A stretch of 12,343 bases of DNA, taken from assembly GCA_025059595.1 (NCBI GenBank), contig JANXDI010000032.1, forward strand, positions 1-12,343, written 5' to 3'. The translations under genes and the position numbers were made by a program. This DNA comes from Candidatus Calditenuaceae archaeon (lineage in GTDB: Archaea; Thermoproteota; Nitrososphaeria_A; Caldarchaeales; Calditenuaceae). The stretch's first letter is position 1. Each line of letters starts with the position of its first letter. The notes beneath the pieces were generated by a model, which worked only from the letters and a program-made list of their open reading frames with translations, did no database searches and was not told where the DNA came from. Below, one piece after another: positions 1-7,968 of this stretch.

Positions 1-84
1 CTTGGAGTGGCGTTTCTCCAAGGCCGGTTTGTAGCAGAGATAGTTAATTCAGCCCATTATTTAAAGTACAGCACCCCCATTTAA
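1..84 (-). repeat. Left copy of an 84-bp inverted repeat (partner 12151-12234). Interpreted as the transcribed leader of a second CRISPR array lying just left of the window and reading leftward.
   Basis: Bases 1-84 equal the reverse complement of 12151-12234 at 79 of 84 positions with no gaps (mismatches at 33, 39, 41, 50, 57). A hairpin CTTGGAG-N8-CTCCAAG lies at 1-22. Weaker ungapped similarity (blocks GTGAA, GTTCG, ATTTAT) continues to about 118. Confidence 0.75.
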
Positions 85-106
85 ACAAGTGAACGAAGTT
101 CGCTGA

Positions 107-114
107 AAATTTAT
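107..114 (-). promoter_or_regulatory. TATA-box candidate for leftward transcription of the left leader
   Basis: The minus strand reads ATAAATTT. The ATAAAT core (109-114) lies 25-30 nt from the edge of the conserved 84-bp block, the same offset as ATAAAT at 12121-12126 next to the right copy. This spacing fits an archaeal TATA-to-start distance. Confidence 0.45.
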
Positions 115-441
115 GTTGAGCCCTGATGCGACCCACCTCCCTCAATCGGGGTGCGGGTAGCGATGTACTTTCGCGTGGAAGTAGCCGTCAGCGATCCGAG
201 GGTCGGCAGGTGTTTACTTTAGGGATTGACGAGTAGGGAAACGTGAATAGCCACGGAAAAATGAACGGAATGTAAGAAAGTTGTCTGAGAATCGGACTCG
301 GTTCGATAAAGTGTTTAGTGTGTTGAACCACGTTCGTGTCAAATTAAAGGGGCGAGCTAAGCATATAACGCAGGGTGAAATGTCCCCGTATGAAGGCCAT
401 CGCGGACTCGTATGTCTGGTTTAGAGTGATAGGGGCGTGGC

Positions 442-455
442 AAAATTTAGTAAAG
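442..455 (+). promoter_or_regulatory. Possible TATA/BRE region for the type III effector operon
   Basis: AAAATTTAGTAAAG is the only A/T-rich box in the ~60 nt upstream of the first gene. It would give a short 5' UTR containing the GGTGGTG Shine-Dalgarno at 491-497. No experimental support. Confidence 0.3.
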
Positions 456-503
456 CTTATCTCCCCCAAAACGAGTGATTAACGTTAAAAGGTGGTGCTC
501 AAC

Positions 504-896
504 ATGAGTGGAACTGGGGTCCCGGATCTCATTAAACTGGGGGTAAAGATCGGGGCCAACCTAAAGGCTGATAATGTCGAGGCGGCTCAGGTCAACAAGC
601 TACTTGAGCTCCTCAATTCAGAGGAGGACGAGAGGACAGCGGTTGCCCTCGTTGCAATCTTCGCACATCGGCAGGCCAACAGGGGGTACATGAGACAGGG
701 CTCAGCAAGAGAAATCAGCATGGCCATGAGGCAAATACTCGCGATGGGAGATGGTAATAAATTGAAGGAGAATGCGAGGAGGGTTTTGGGGACCGCCAAG
801 TGGGTGTACGAGTCCTTAGGAAGGGTTAAGCAGCCTCCCGATAGAATCAGGGGAATCAGCGATATACCTGAGCTACTCAAGCTGCTAGAGGGGTAG
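504..896 (+). CDS. cas11: Type III small-subunit candidate (Cas11; Csm2/Cmr5-like)
   Basis: First gene of the operon, 130 aa from ATG 504 (the ORF track starts at GTG 492). GGTGGTG lies 6 nt upstream of ATG 504. The sequence is small, Ala/Leu/Glu/Lys/Arg-rich and helix-like, with no RAMP motifs. Size and position beside cas7/cas10 fit Cas11, but I recognise no diagnostic motif. Confidence 0.5.
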   Translation: MSGTGVPDLIKLGVKIGANLKADNVEAAQVNKLLELLNSEEDERTAVALVAIFAHRQANRGYMRQGSAREISMAMRQILAMGDGNKLKENARRVLGTAKWVYESLGRVKQPPDRIRGISDIPELLKLLEG

Positions 897-900
897 GCGG

Positions 901-1647
901 ATGCCTGTTAAAAGCTACTTTTTGCCACAAAGTCGTGTCGCGGACTTCGACCAGTTTAGAGCTGTATACATCCTCGAGGGGAGCTTGATTAACGAGACGC
1001 CCATGCGGATTGGTATGGGCAGAACAGAGCAGCTCGGAAGCGCCGCAGACGTCCCGCACATCAGGATCAGGAGGGGCGGGGAGGAGGTGCCTTACATTCC
1101 GGGCTCATCCCTAAAGGGCGCCTTCAGGAGCCTCGTCGAAAGAGTATCCGCGGCGATCTACGGCGCCGACTCAGTCCACCCTCCATTCGACTTTAAAAGA
1201 GCCGAAGCTGAATATTTAGAAAATAGAATTTGCCCCACCTGCGGCATCTTCGGCAGCACTATGGTGGCAAGTCATGTAGCTATCAGAGACTCCCTCCCGA
1301 AGGGGAGTGCCGTGATCGCGCAAAAGACGGGCATCGGGATAAACAGGGACTTTGGGGGAGTGCAGCCTGGGGCAGGGCCTTTCGTAGAGGAATACGTGCC
1401 GCCTGGTGTCGAGTGGACATTCCATATGAGAGTTACCAACATAGCCCTAGAAAGTGAGTCAGAAGACGATCCGAGGCCGGAGCTGCTCAGATTCCTTCTA
1501 TCGAGTTTGATTAGGGGGGAGATTCAGGTTGGAGGTAGAGCGAGCATCGGAGCCGGAGTGATATCACTTAGGAACATCAGGGCGCTGAAGAGGACACTGA
1601 ACTTAGAGGGTAGGTTGGTCGAGGCCGAGGTGAAATTAAAATTATGA
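901..1647 (+). CDS. cas7: Cas7-family RAMP backbone subunit (Csm3/Cmr4-like)
   Basis: Motifs IPGSSLKGAFRS and CPTCGIFGS, plus a C-terminal glycine-rich loop VGGRASIGAG. There is an Asp in GSAADVPHIRI where Csm3/Cmr4 carry the target-RNA cleavage Asp. The start is 5 nt after the upstream stop, with GAGGGG upstream. Confidence 0.85.
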   Translation: MPVKSYFLPQSRVADFDQFRAVYILEGSLINETPMRIGMGRTEQLGSAADVPHIRIRRGGEEVPYIPGSSLKGAFRSLVERVSAAIYGADSVHPPFDFKRAEAEYLENRICPTCGIFGSTMVASHVAIRDSLPKGSAVIAQKTGIGINRDFGGVQPGAGPFVEEYVPPGVEWTFHMRVTNIALESESEDDPRPELLRFLLSSLIRGEIQVGGRASIGAGVISLRNIRALKRTLNLEGRLVEAEVKLKL

Positions 1648-2591
1648 GCGCGGGGGTCGCCCATAACTGGGTATATCATTCAGTTATGATTAGACACGTT
1701 AAGCTTGAAGGCAGGATTAGAACATTAGAACCTCTTAGAGTTGGCATGGGTCGGAGCGAACAGCCGAGCGCTGTAACCGATATGCCAGTCATAAGGATAA
1801 AAGAGTTGAGTAGGGGTTTGGAGGTCCCATATATTCCAGGCTCCTCCCTTAAAGGTCTCTTTAGGAGCGCGGCCCAATCGCTAGCAAGGGCGGCCGGCGT
1901 TAGGCCGGAGCCATGCTCAGGGCTCTCTAAAGATAACTGCATGGTCTTGAAGAGAGTTGATGGAGAGCAGCTAGGCAACTTAGTTGATCGGCTGCTTAGG
2001 ATGGGAGAGTTTCAACGTGCAATAAACACTTTCGCGGATAGCGCGTGTCTCCTATGCAAGATTTTCGGATCCCCTACATACAAAAGTAAAGTATCATTCA
2101 TAGACTCCTATCCTATTGACGATGGAGGCCAGCTAGTAAGTGTTCCAGTAAGTGTGAAGACTGGAATAGCTATAGACAGATCAACCGGCGCAGTTTTTGG
2201 AGGAGCGCTTTACAGGGTTGAATTCGTGGAACCGGGGGCCCTCTTTACCCTCTCATTCACCATTCATAACCTTCCTAACTACGCTTTAGGCCTACTGTCA
2301 GAGATAGTTGAACTGCTGAACGAGGGGTTGCTTCGCGTAGGGGGGTTCAAATCGAGAGGTTTTGGAAGGGTCAAATTCGAAAAAGTCGACATTAAGGTAA
2401 GGCATCACCTGCCTATCTCGGGAAGCGAGGAGGGTTTGAACGCCCTCGACAGTTACGATGTACCTGTGATGGTGAAGAGGAGTGAGGTCTGTGACGGATT
2501 GCTAGTTTACAGTGGTAGCGAGGCAGAGAGCCTGCTGAAGGGGCTAAGGGAGGTATGGAGAAGATATGTCTCTTCAACAGGTAAAAGTTAG
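1644..2591 (+). CDS. cas7: Cas7-family RAMP backbone subunit, second paralogue (Csm3/Cmr4-like with insertion)
   Basis: Motifs IPGSSLKGLFRS, CLLCKIFGS and glycine-rich loop VGGFKSRGFGRVKF, with an Asp in SAVTDMPVIRI. ATGA start/stop overlap with the upstream gene, and GAGGTGA Shine-Dalgarno 10 nt upstream. Confidence 0.85.
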   Translation: MSAGVAHNWVYHSVMIRHVKLEGRIRTLEPLRVGMGRSEQPSAVTDMPVIRIKELSRGLEVPYIPGSSLKGLFRSAAQSLARAAGVRPEPCSGLSKDNCMVLKRVDGEQLGNLVDRLLRMGEFQRAINTFADSACLLCKIFGSPTYKSKVSFIDSYPIDDGGQLVSVPVSVKTGIAIDRSTGAVFGGALYRVEFVEPGALFTLSFTIHNLPNYALGLLSEIVELLNEGLLRVGGFKSRGFGRVKFEKVDIKVRHHLPISGSEEGLNALDSYDVPVMVKRSEVCDGLLVYSGSEAESLLKGLREVWRRYVSSTGKS

Positions 2592-3588
2592 GCGCTCCCC
2601 GTATAGGGACCGGCGAGAATTCCAGCCGATAGAGGGTTATATGTCTGTTGAGCTGGAAGTATGCGGCCCAAGCACATGTGGAGTAGAATCTTACTTATTT
2701 GTCGGGTCAGGCGAGGAGAAGATCTTAATTCGGGATAGAGGGGAGCTGAAGCGGCAGTTAGCTGCGAGAGAGTTAAGTGACGGTCTGATTCAGAGTATCG
2801 CTAAGGAGCTTGTATCTGAGGGCGAATCGTTTCAGAGGGCAAGAGACCCTGAGACTCAAATGGTAGTTCCTGTGATATTCGGGAGCTCTGTTAAAGGCAA
2901 CATCAAGTCAAGGCTGCAGCTAACGTTGCGGCCGTCTCAGGGAACAGCGGTTACGTGTATTTTCCCCTATAGGCCGCTTAAGGGTGCCCCTCCTGTCGGG
3001 ACGCATGGCTGGAGACACTTCCGAATATGGCAAAACTCTCTAGCCTACACTAGGGAAGGCGTATGCAATGCAACCAATTCTCCCGAGGTCTGCGTGGTAT
3101 GCGATCTACTCGGTGCCCCCGGTTTGTCATCCTTAGTTAGCTTTGGAACATTTTACGGGAGGGGGGTCTCTACTACAGAGCTTAGCGAGGGTGCCGTAAG
3201 GCTCGTCGCTGCGACCCCTGGCTCAAGGTTCACAGGCTCGATAAGCTTTAGAGGGCTGAAGTTGAGTGAGGTCGGACTACTTCTCATAGGTATGGGCTAC
3301 ACACTCAAGGGTGGCAAGATAGATAAAATGCCGGTCCTCTTCGGATCCCACAAGTATAGGGGCCTCGGAGGCAAAGTAATGGGTAGAGTCGTGTACAATG
3401 TGCGAGACATATCGACGTCATCTAGATGCAGAGGCGAGTATGATGTTAATCCTGGTCGGAAGTATGATGGTGGTGGGTTAGACGACGTACTTACAAAAGC
3501 GCTTAACCGGGCATATGAGGAATATGGCCAGTATATCGAACAGATAGATGAAAGTAGGGCTGCTGAAGAAGTGATGAGACATGTGTAA
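2566..3588 (+). CDS. Large divergent RAMP (Cas7-like; Csm5/Cmr6/Csx7-type candidate)
   Basis: Motifs VIFGSSVKGNIKSRL and CVVCDLLGAPG, plus glycine-rich loop GSHKYRGLGG. An alternative start at ATG 2641 (MSVELEV...) would remove the 26-nt overlap. Subfamily is not resolvable by eye. Confidence 0.65.
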   Translation: MSLQQVKVRRSPYRDRREFQPIEGYMSVELEVCGPSTCGVESYLFVGSGEEKILIRDRGELKRQLAARELSDGLIQSIAKELVSEGESFQRARDPETQMVVPVIFGSSVKGNIKSRLQLTLRPSQGTAVTCIFPYRPLKGAPPVGTHGWRHFRIWQNSLAYTREGVCNATNSPEVCVVCDLLGAPGLSSLVSFGTFYGRGVSTTELSEGAVRLVAATPGSRFTGSISFRGLKLSEVGLLLIGMGYTLKGGKIDKMPVLFGSHKYRGLGGKVMGRVVYNVRDISTSSRCRGEYDVNPGRKYDGGGLDDVLTKALNRAYEEYGQYIEQIDESRAAEEVMRHV

Positions 3589-6295
3589 CGGACTCAAGGT
3601 TTACAGAGCGTTCATAATTCCACTTGAGGGCGAGCGTGTGAGGGAGGTTAGAGATGACGATAAGGAGTTTTGGAGAGATCTGATAACTAATAATCTCAAG
3701 ACCTTCTTACGACTCTCCCTGGATTTGGCAGGGAAGGCTAGGGGGCAGGAGTTAAACCGCGCAGAGAGACTAGAGCTTTTAGCAGATCTGATCACCTTCT
3801 TTTTCAAAGCCCCCCTCACGTTAGATCCAATCCTAAGCTTGGCTCCCTCGCCGCACAGGTTATATTTCTATCTAAGACTCATGGGTAAGACCCATGAAGC
3901 CATACTGAGACACCCAATCCCTGATAACCAGATTCTATCCAGTATCAAGGTTCTTGAAGAGAGCCTTGAGAAGGAGGGGAAAAATCCGTTAACATTCCTA
4001 TATGGAGGACATGTGAGAGAAGCGGTCAGGAGGGCTTGGCTTATCTTCCCCGCAGACACGAGGCCGGGAGCCAATACGGCCAGCCTCGTCGCACACCTTC
4101 TAGTCACATCCTCGATAGCTTGGTCGCTCGCTTATCGCTCGCGACGGTATGAAAGTGGAGAGCTCGCTATGATCAGGCTCGCCTCGCAGCTACATGACAT
4201 AGCAAAGCCATTAGAACCTATCGAGCACTTCCGCGAAAGGGTTTATGGCTCTCTAATCGACTCGCTTTTCGAGGGGTTACTTGAGGAACACGAGTTGACT
4301 CAGCTGAAGTCAACCGTCAGCTCGCACCACCAGGATAGGACGAGCTCCCTGCATAGAGCCGATACACTGTCAGCCTCAATCGATAGAGTAAGGGAACTGG
4401 TGAGAAAAGCTCTCAGCGAGGAGTTCAACTCACCGGAAGTAAGGGAGATCGTCAGGAGTATCGCCAGCAATCAGACTGACCCGTTCGAGCTGGCCTATGG
4501 AGGAGGGAAGGAGGCGTGGACATTTTGGGTCGAACTAGAGAAGAGGTTATGCGGTAAATCTAAGGAACTCTCCTTAAAGTTTCTCGAGTGGCTTGACGCG
4601 CAAAGCGAGTACAAAGTGGAGCGACTCGCAATTGATGAGTTAAGCTACTTTCTCATAGACGTCAAGGGGGTCCAGTCTTTCGTTTACCGGTCGCATAAGC
4701 TTACCGCAGTCGCGGCGGCCAGCCTCCTCATCGACTACCTCACCGCCCTGGTTATCCCTCTTTACACCCAATTATACGTGAAAAAGAAAGCGGGAGGGGT
4801 ATGGCTCCCATTAGAGTCTTTCCTCCTGACCTCGGGTGCGAACGTAGCGGGCATATTGCCTAAAAACCTGTTAGATGATTTCCGTGGCGCTCTTAAATCT
4901 TTAGATGATTTCTTGAGTGATTATCGATTAGGCTTCAACACCGCATTTACTCAATTCCAAAATTTCTATCCGCATATGTGGGAGGAAATTGGAAGGGAGA
5001 TGGCCATTGTGAAGATTTCGCCCGGAATAGGTGTTGAAAATGATGTCGAGGAAGGTTTCAACCCAGCTCAACTGTGTAGGCTTTGCTTCAAGCAAGAGGG
5101 GATCCGTGAACTGAGGACTCTGGGGCCAGTTTGCGTCACATGCGATAGGCTTCAAGACTTTGGGAGGACGCTGGGCTTCGGTTCAAAATGGGAGTCGGGG
5201 TTTTTGCTGGAGAGAAAGATCGTCCCACAACACGTCTGGGGCTGCGAATATGGAGATGAGGGAGACGTCTCAAGCGTAGCGTCTAACGTGATGGAGCTGA
5301 TATCGGGAATGGAACCACCATTCGACGGGAGGGAGTTGAATGTAGGCGTCATCAAAGGGGATGGGAATAGGATGGGTGAGTTCTTCTCCAGGTCGATATC
5401 TATTAGCGATGCTCTCGAGAGGAGCTTCCGTCTTGACCAGTCCCTGCGAATCGGATATGAAAAGGCGATCAAAGCGATACTATCAGCTTACGGAGAGGAT
5501 GATATAAAAGCAAAGAGGGATGCCTGCAGGGTCTGGCTCGGGACACTCTATATGGGAGGCGACGACTTTCTAATAATATCACCTTCCTGGCTATCACTCC
5601 CCCTCGCATACATAATTGCGAAAGAGTTCGAAAATAATATGGGCGGTAGATGCACACTTTCGATCGGAATAGCATCTGTACCGGCTAAACACAGCGTTTG
5701 GCACGCCATCAAGGCAGCAGACGAGTTAATGGATGATGCAAAGGAGTCCATAGGGAGGCGGGAGCTAAAATCAGCGGTCTCATTTGATGTCGTTGAGCGG
5801 GGGCCGCTGACAGGAGAAACGGCCTTGACTAGGCTGAAACGTCAGACGGATCTAGGGCTGAGCGCCAAGCCTTATGTCCTCCACGACTCGTCTCAACTCG
5901 CGCTAGCTGACCTCCTAAGCGTTCTCGGATACAACTTGCAGAGGTACGACCCCGCTGATATTATGCGTGTAGCTACCCTTCACAGACCGCGGGGAGGGGA
6001 TACCCAGGAAAAAGTTAGGCTTAGGAGGGTTTGTGAGGCCGTCAGGGATATCCTATCATCGGTCGCCCCCATGATTGGCGGCTGGGATGAGTCGAAAAGA
6101 CGAGTGGCGCTCCTGCTATCTCAACTCTATTGTTATCGCGAAGCTATTGATAAGAGCAGAGATGAGGAGATCCGCGCAGCCTTTAGAGACATAACAACGC
6201 TCGCATCTAAGCGCGTATGGAGATCTTCGGTGGAATCGCTCCCTCTATTAGACCTCTACTTCTGTGCGAAGATATTGGGGGGAGGGGAACTGTGA
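3581..6295 (+). CDS. cas10: Cas10 large subunit with HD nuclease motifs and an intact GGDD cyclase palm
   Basis: 904 aa. Motifs present: PADTRPGANTASLVAHL; HD at aa 205-206 (nt 4193-4198); SSHHQD/LHRAD; Palm1-like YFLIDVKGVQSFVY; four-Cys finger CRLC...CVTC (aa 499-521); IKGDGNRMG; GGDD at aa 659-662 (nt 5555-5566). Confidence 0.95.
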   Translation: MCNGLKVYRAFIIPLEGERVREVRDDDKEFWRDLITNNLKTFLRLSLDLAGKARGQELNRAERLELLADLITFFFKAPLTLDPILSLAPSPHRLYFYLRLMGKTHEAILRHPIPDNQILSSIKVLEESLEKEGKNPLTFLYGGHVREAVRRAWLIFPADTRPGANTASLVAHLLVTSSIAWSLAYRSRRYESGELAMIRLASQLHDIAKPLEPIEHFRERVYGSLIDSLFEGLLEEHELTQLKSTVSSHHQDRTSSLHRADTLSASIDRVRELVRKALSEEFNSPEVREIVRSIASNQTDPFELAYGGGKEAWTFWVELEKRLCGKSKELSLKFLEWLDAQSEYKVERLAIDELSYFLIDVKGVQSFVYRSHKLTAVAAASLLIDYLTALVIPLYTQLYVKKKAGGVWLPLESFLLTSGANVAGILPKNLLDDFRGALKSLDDFLSDYRLGFNTAFTQFQNFYPHMWEEIGREMAIVKISPGIGVENDVEEGFNPAQLCRLCFKQEGIRELRTLGPVCVTCDRLQDFGRTLGFGSKWESGFLLERKIVPQHVWGCEYGDEGDVSSVASNVMELISGMEPPFDGRELNVGVIKGDGNRMGEFFSRSISISDALERSFRLDQSLRIGYEKAIKAILSAYGEDDIKAKRDACRVWLGTLYMGGDDFLIISPSWLSLPLAYIIAKEFENNMGGRCTLSIGIASVPAKHSVWHAIKAADELMDDAKESIGRRELKSAVSFDVVERGPLTGETALTRLKRQTDLGLSAKPYVLHDSSQLALADLLSVLGYNLQRYDPADIMRVATLHRPRGGDTQEKVRLRRVCEAVRDILSSVAPMIGGWDESKRRVALLLSQLYCYREAIDKSRDEEIRAAFRDITTLASKRVWRSSVESLPLLDLYFCAKILGGGEL

Positions 6296-6924
6296 AACTT
6301 ACCATCGAACTAAAGACTTTGAGTCTTTTCAATACGGGGGGAGTCACGCCCACTTTCATGTACTACGATATCCCGTTCCACCGGACGAGAGACCCGGGCT
6401 CGAGAATTTATAAACCGACCATTTCCGGCTCGAGCCTAAAGGGGGCCTTGAGGTCGGCTCTAATAAGAATCGCCGACGCATTCGGGTTGAGCGTCTGTTC
6501 CGAAAGGCCCAACTCACGCGACAATTGTGATATATGCTACCTCTTCGGGGCCCCTGGGGGTGGAGGATCAGTCTATGTCAGCGACCTTGTCTGTGACTCG
6601 AAGACACTCCTTTTAACTCACGTCTCACTAGACGACAGGAGCCTAACTGCGAGGAGACACGCTCTATACTCGGTGGAGTACGTTCCGCCCGGAACCATCT
6701 TCAGAGGTGAGATCGATTATGAGGGTGAGGCGAGACGGCTAGGCCCTCTCCTTCTAGCATTAGCGGCTCTAAGAACCGATAGGGTGGGCAGGAGTGGGAT
6801 TTTAGACCTCAGGGTGGTAAATGCCGGAGAAGTGAGGAGGAGCGTCTTAAAAGATCTCGGGAGGTACGAACCCCTATTAGAGGGGTTAGGGGTGTGGGCG
6901 TGGGATGAGATCCTACAGATGTAG
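6292..6924 (+). CDS. cas7: Short Cas7-family RAMP (Csm3-like), third backbone paralogue
   Basis: Motifs ISGSSLKGALRSAL and CDICYLFGAPGGGG. I place the start at GTG 6292 (VKLTIELKTLSLFNTGG, a typical RAMP N-terminus). It overlaps the cas10 stop as GTGA and follows GGGGGGAGGGG. The ATG 6217 of the ORF track lies inside cas10. Confidence 0.8.
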   Translation: MKLTIELKTLSLFNTGGVTPTFMYYDIPFHRTRDPGSRIYKPTISGSSLKGALRSALIRIADAFGLSVCSERPNSRDNCDICYLFGAPGGGGSVYVSDLVCDSKTLLLTHVSLDDRSLTARRHALYSVEYVPPGTIFRGEIDYEGEARRLGPLLLALAALRTDRVGRSGILDLRVVNAGEVRRSVLKDLGRYEPLLEGLGVWAWDEILQM

Positions 6925-7966
6925 GCTGAAGATCCTATCACCCACGATAATCGGAGACTCCCGGAGCCAGAGAGGGGTATACACAGCGACCCACATAATC
7001 CCGGGGCACACATTGGGTGGAGCGATAAACAGAGAGCTAGCGAGGAAGTATGAATTAAGTTCTATGACTTCGCGGGGCTTGGTGATTTCCTCGCCAGCTT
7101 ACCCAGCTAGGGAGGGAAGTGAGGCCATACCCGCCCACCCCTTTTACTATGAATGTAAGGTCTGTGATGATTTGAGATTCTCAACACTTAGAGAAGGTAG
7201 TCTCTTGAAAGTCGTGAAGGATGGGCTGACCGGTGTAAGGAACGAAGTTATCATGCTGAAGTGCGGTGTAGGACATCTGCTCAAGTCGCTACATCCTCGC
7301 CCCATAATGTTGATCCAAGGTAAGGTCGTGAAGACGAGTGTGTTGGTACAGCCACTAATCTCTGTAGGTATTAACAGGCACACCGCCTCATCCCAGACGG
7401 GACTACTTTACGAGTACACAGCAATAGAGCCGGGACGTGAATACTGGTTTACACTAGCGTCAATAGATGATCTAGAGGTGCCCAATAAGCTCGAGGTGAG
7501 ACTGGGTAGGGGCACTTCCAGAGGCTTCGGCAGAGCTCTCATTGAGGTAATAGAAAGAGAAGTGAAATTTAGTTATGATATAGAACCTGATTCATGGATC
7601 ATGATGTACGCTTTATCTCCAGTCCCGGCGAGATACATTAATAAGCGTCTCGAACTGAAGGAAAGCGCCAATAATTATGGTCTTGGAGGCGTCGACGGTT
7701 CCCTCGAACCAGTTATGGTTTTCGGTAAGCTGGAGTCCTTCAATTTAGGGTGGCCTCACGGATCGCCAGTCTCTCGCGGAAGGATAACCTGCCTAGTCGC
7801 AGGGAGCGTCATAATTTACAGATGGGCTGAGAGGCCGACGAACCCGCTCGAGTCATTGAGGGTTCTGAGGTTTTTAGGGATGCCTTTGCGACTGACTACG
7901 GACGTTATCCATGGACTCTGTATGCTACACCCCTTTAGGGAGGAGCCTTTACTGGAGGTCAGGTAA
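6905..7966 (+). CDS. csx10: Cas5-family RAMP (Csx10/Csm4-like)
   Basis: N-terminus CRLKILSPTIIGDS...THIIPGHTLGGAINRELA and glycine-rich loop LGRGTSRGFGRALIE. There is no CxxC-FG Csm3 motif. At 353 aa it could hold two RRM-like halves. The only RAMP here with Cas5-like rather than Cas7-like signatures. Confidence 0.6.
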   Translation: MRSYRCRLKILSPTIIGDSRSQRGVYTATHIIPGHTLGGAINRELARKYELSSMTSRGLVISSPAYPAREGSEAIPAHPFYYECKVCDDLRFSTLREGSLLKVVKDGLTGVRNEVIMLKCGVGHLLKSLHPRPIMLIQGKVVKTSVLVQPLISVGINRHTASSQTGLLYEYTAIEPGREYWFTLASIDDLEVPNKLEVRLGRGTSRGFGRALIEVIEREVKFSYDIEPDSWIMMYALSPVPARYINKRLELKESANNYGLGGVDGSLEPVMVFGKLESFNLGWPHGSPVSRGRITCLVAGSVIIYRWAERPTNPLESLRVLRFLGMPLRLTTDVIHGLCMLHPFREEPLLEVR

Positions 7967-7968
7967 CC

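Noticed and set aside
121-300. C/D-box sRNA candidates (CTGATGC near 123-129, GTGAATA near 242-248, CTGA near 286-289)
   Set aside because: I could not assemble a consistent C-D'-C'-D arrangement with ~12-nt guide spacing and terminal pairing. The individual 4-7-mers are expected by chance.
458-484. CTCCCCCAAAACGAGTGATTAACG as a degenerate solitary CRISPR repeat
   Set aside because: Only about 12 of 20 positions match the repeat core and there is no partner at spacer distance. It overlaps the expected 5' UTR of the operon.
1230-1457. Plus-strand 75-aa ORF in an alternative frame of the first cas7
   Set aside because: It is fully nested in a gene with clear RAMP motifs, and its Arg/Gly/His-rich translation looks like an out-of-frame artefact.
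6217-6291. ATG 6217 as the start of the short cas7, and likewise ATG 12065 as the start of the CARF gene
   Set aside because: ATG 6217 lies 79 nt inside cas10 and adds a non-RAMP-like extension, whereas GTG 6292 has a strong Shine-Dalgarno and a GTGA overlap. For the CARF gene, a TTTTATAT box sits between 12065 and 12023 at about -27 from ATG 12023, so 12065 would lie upstream of its own promoter.
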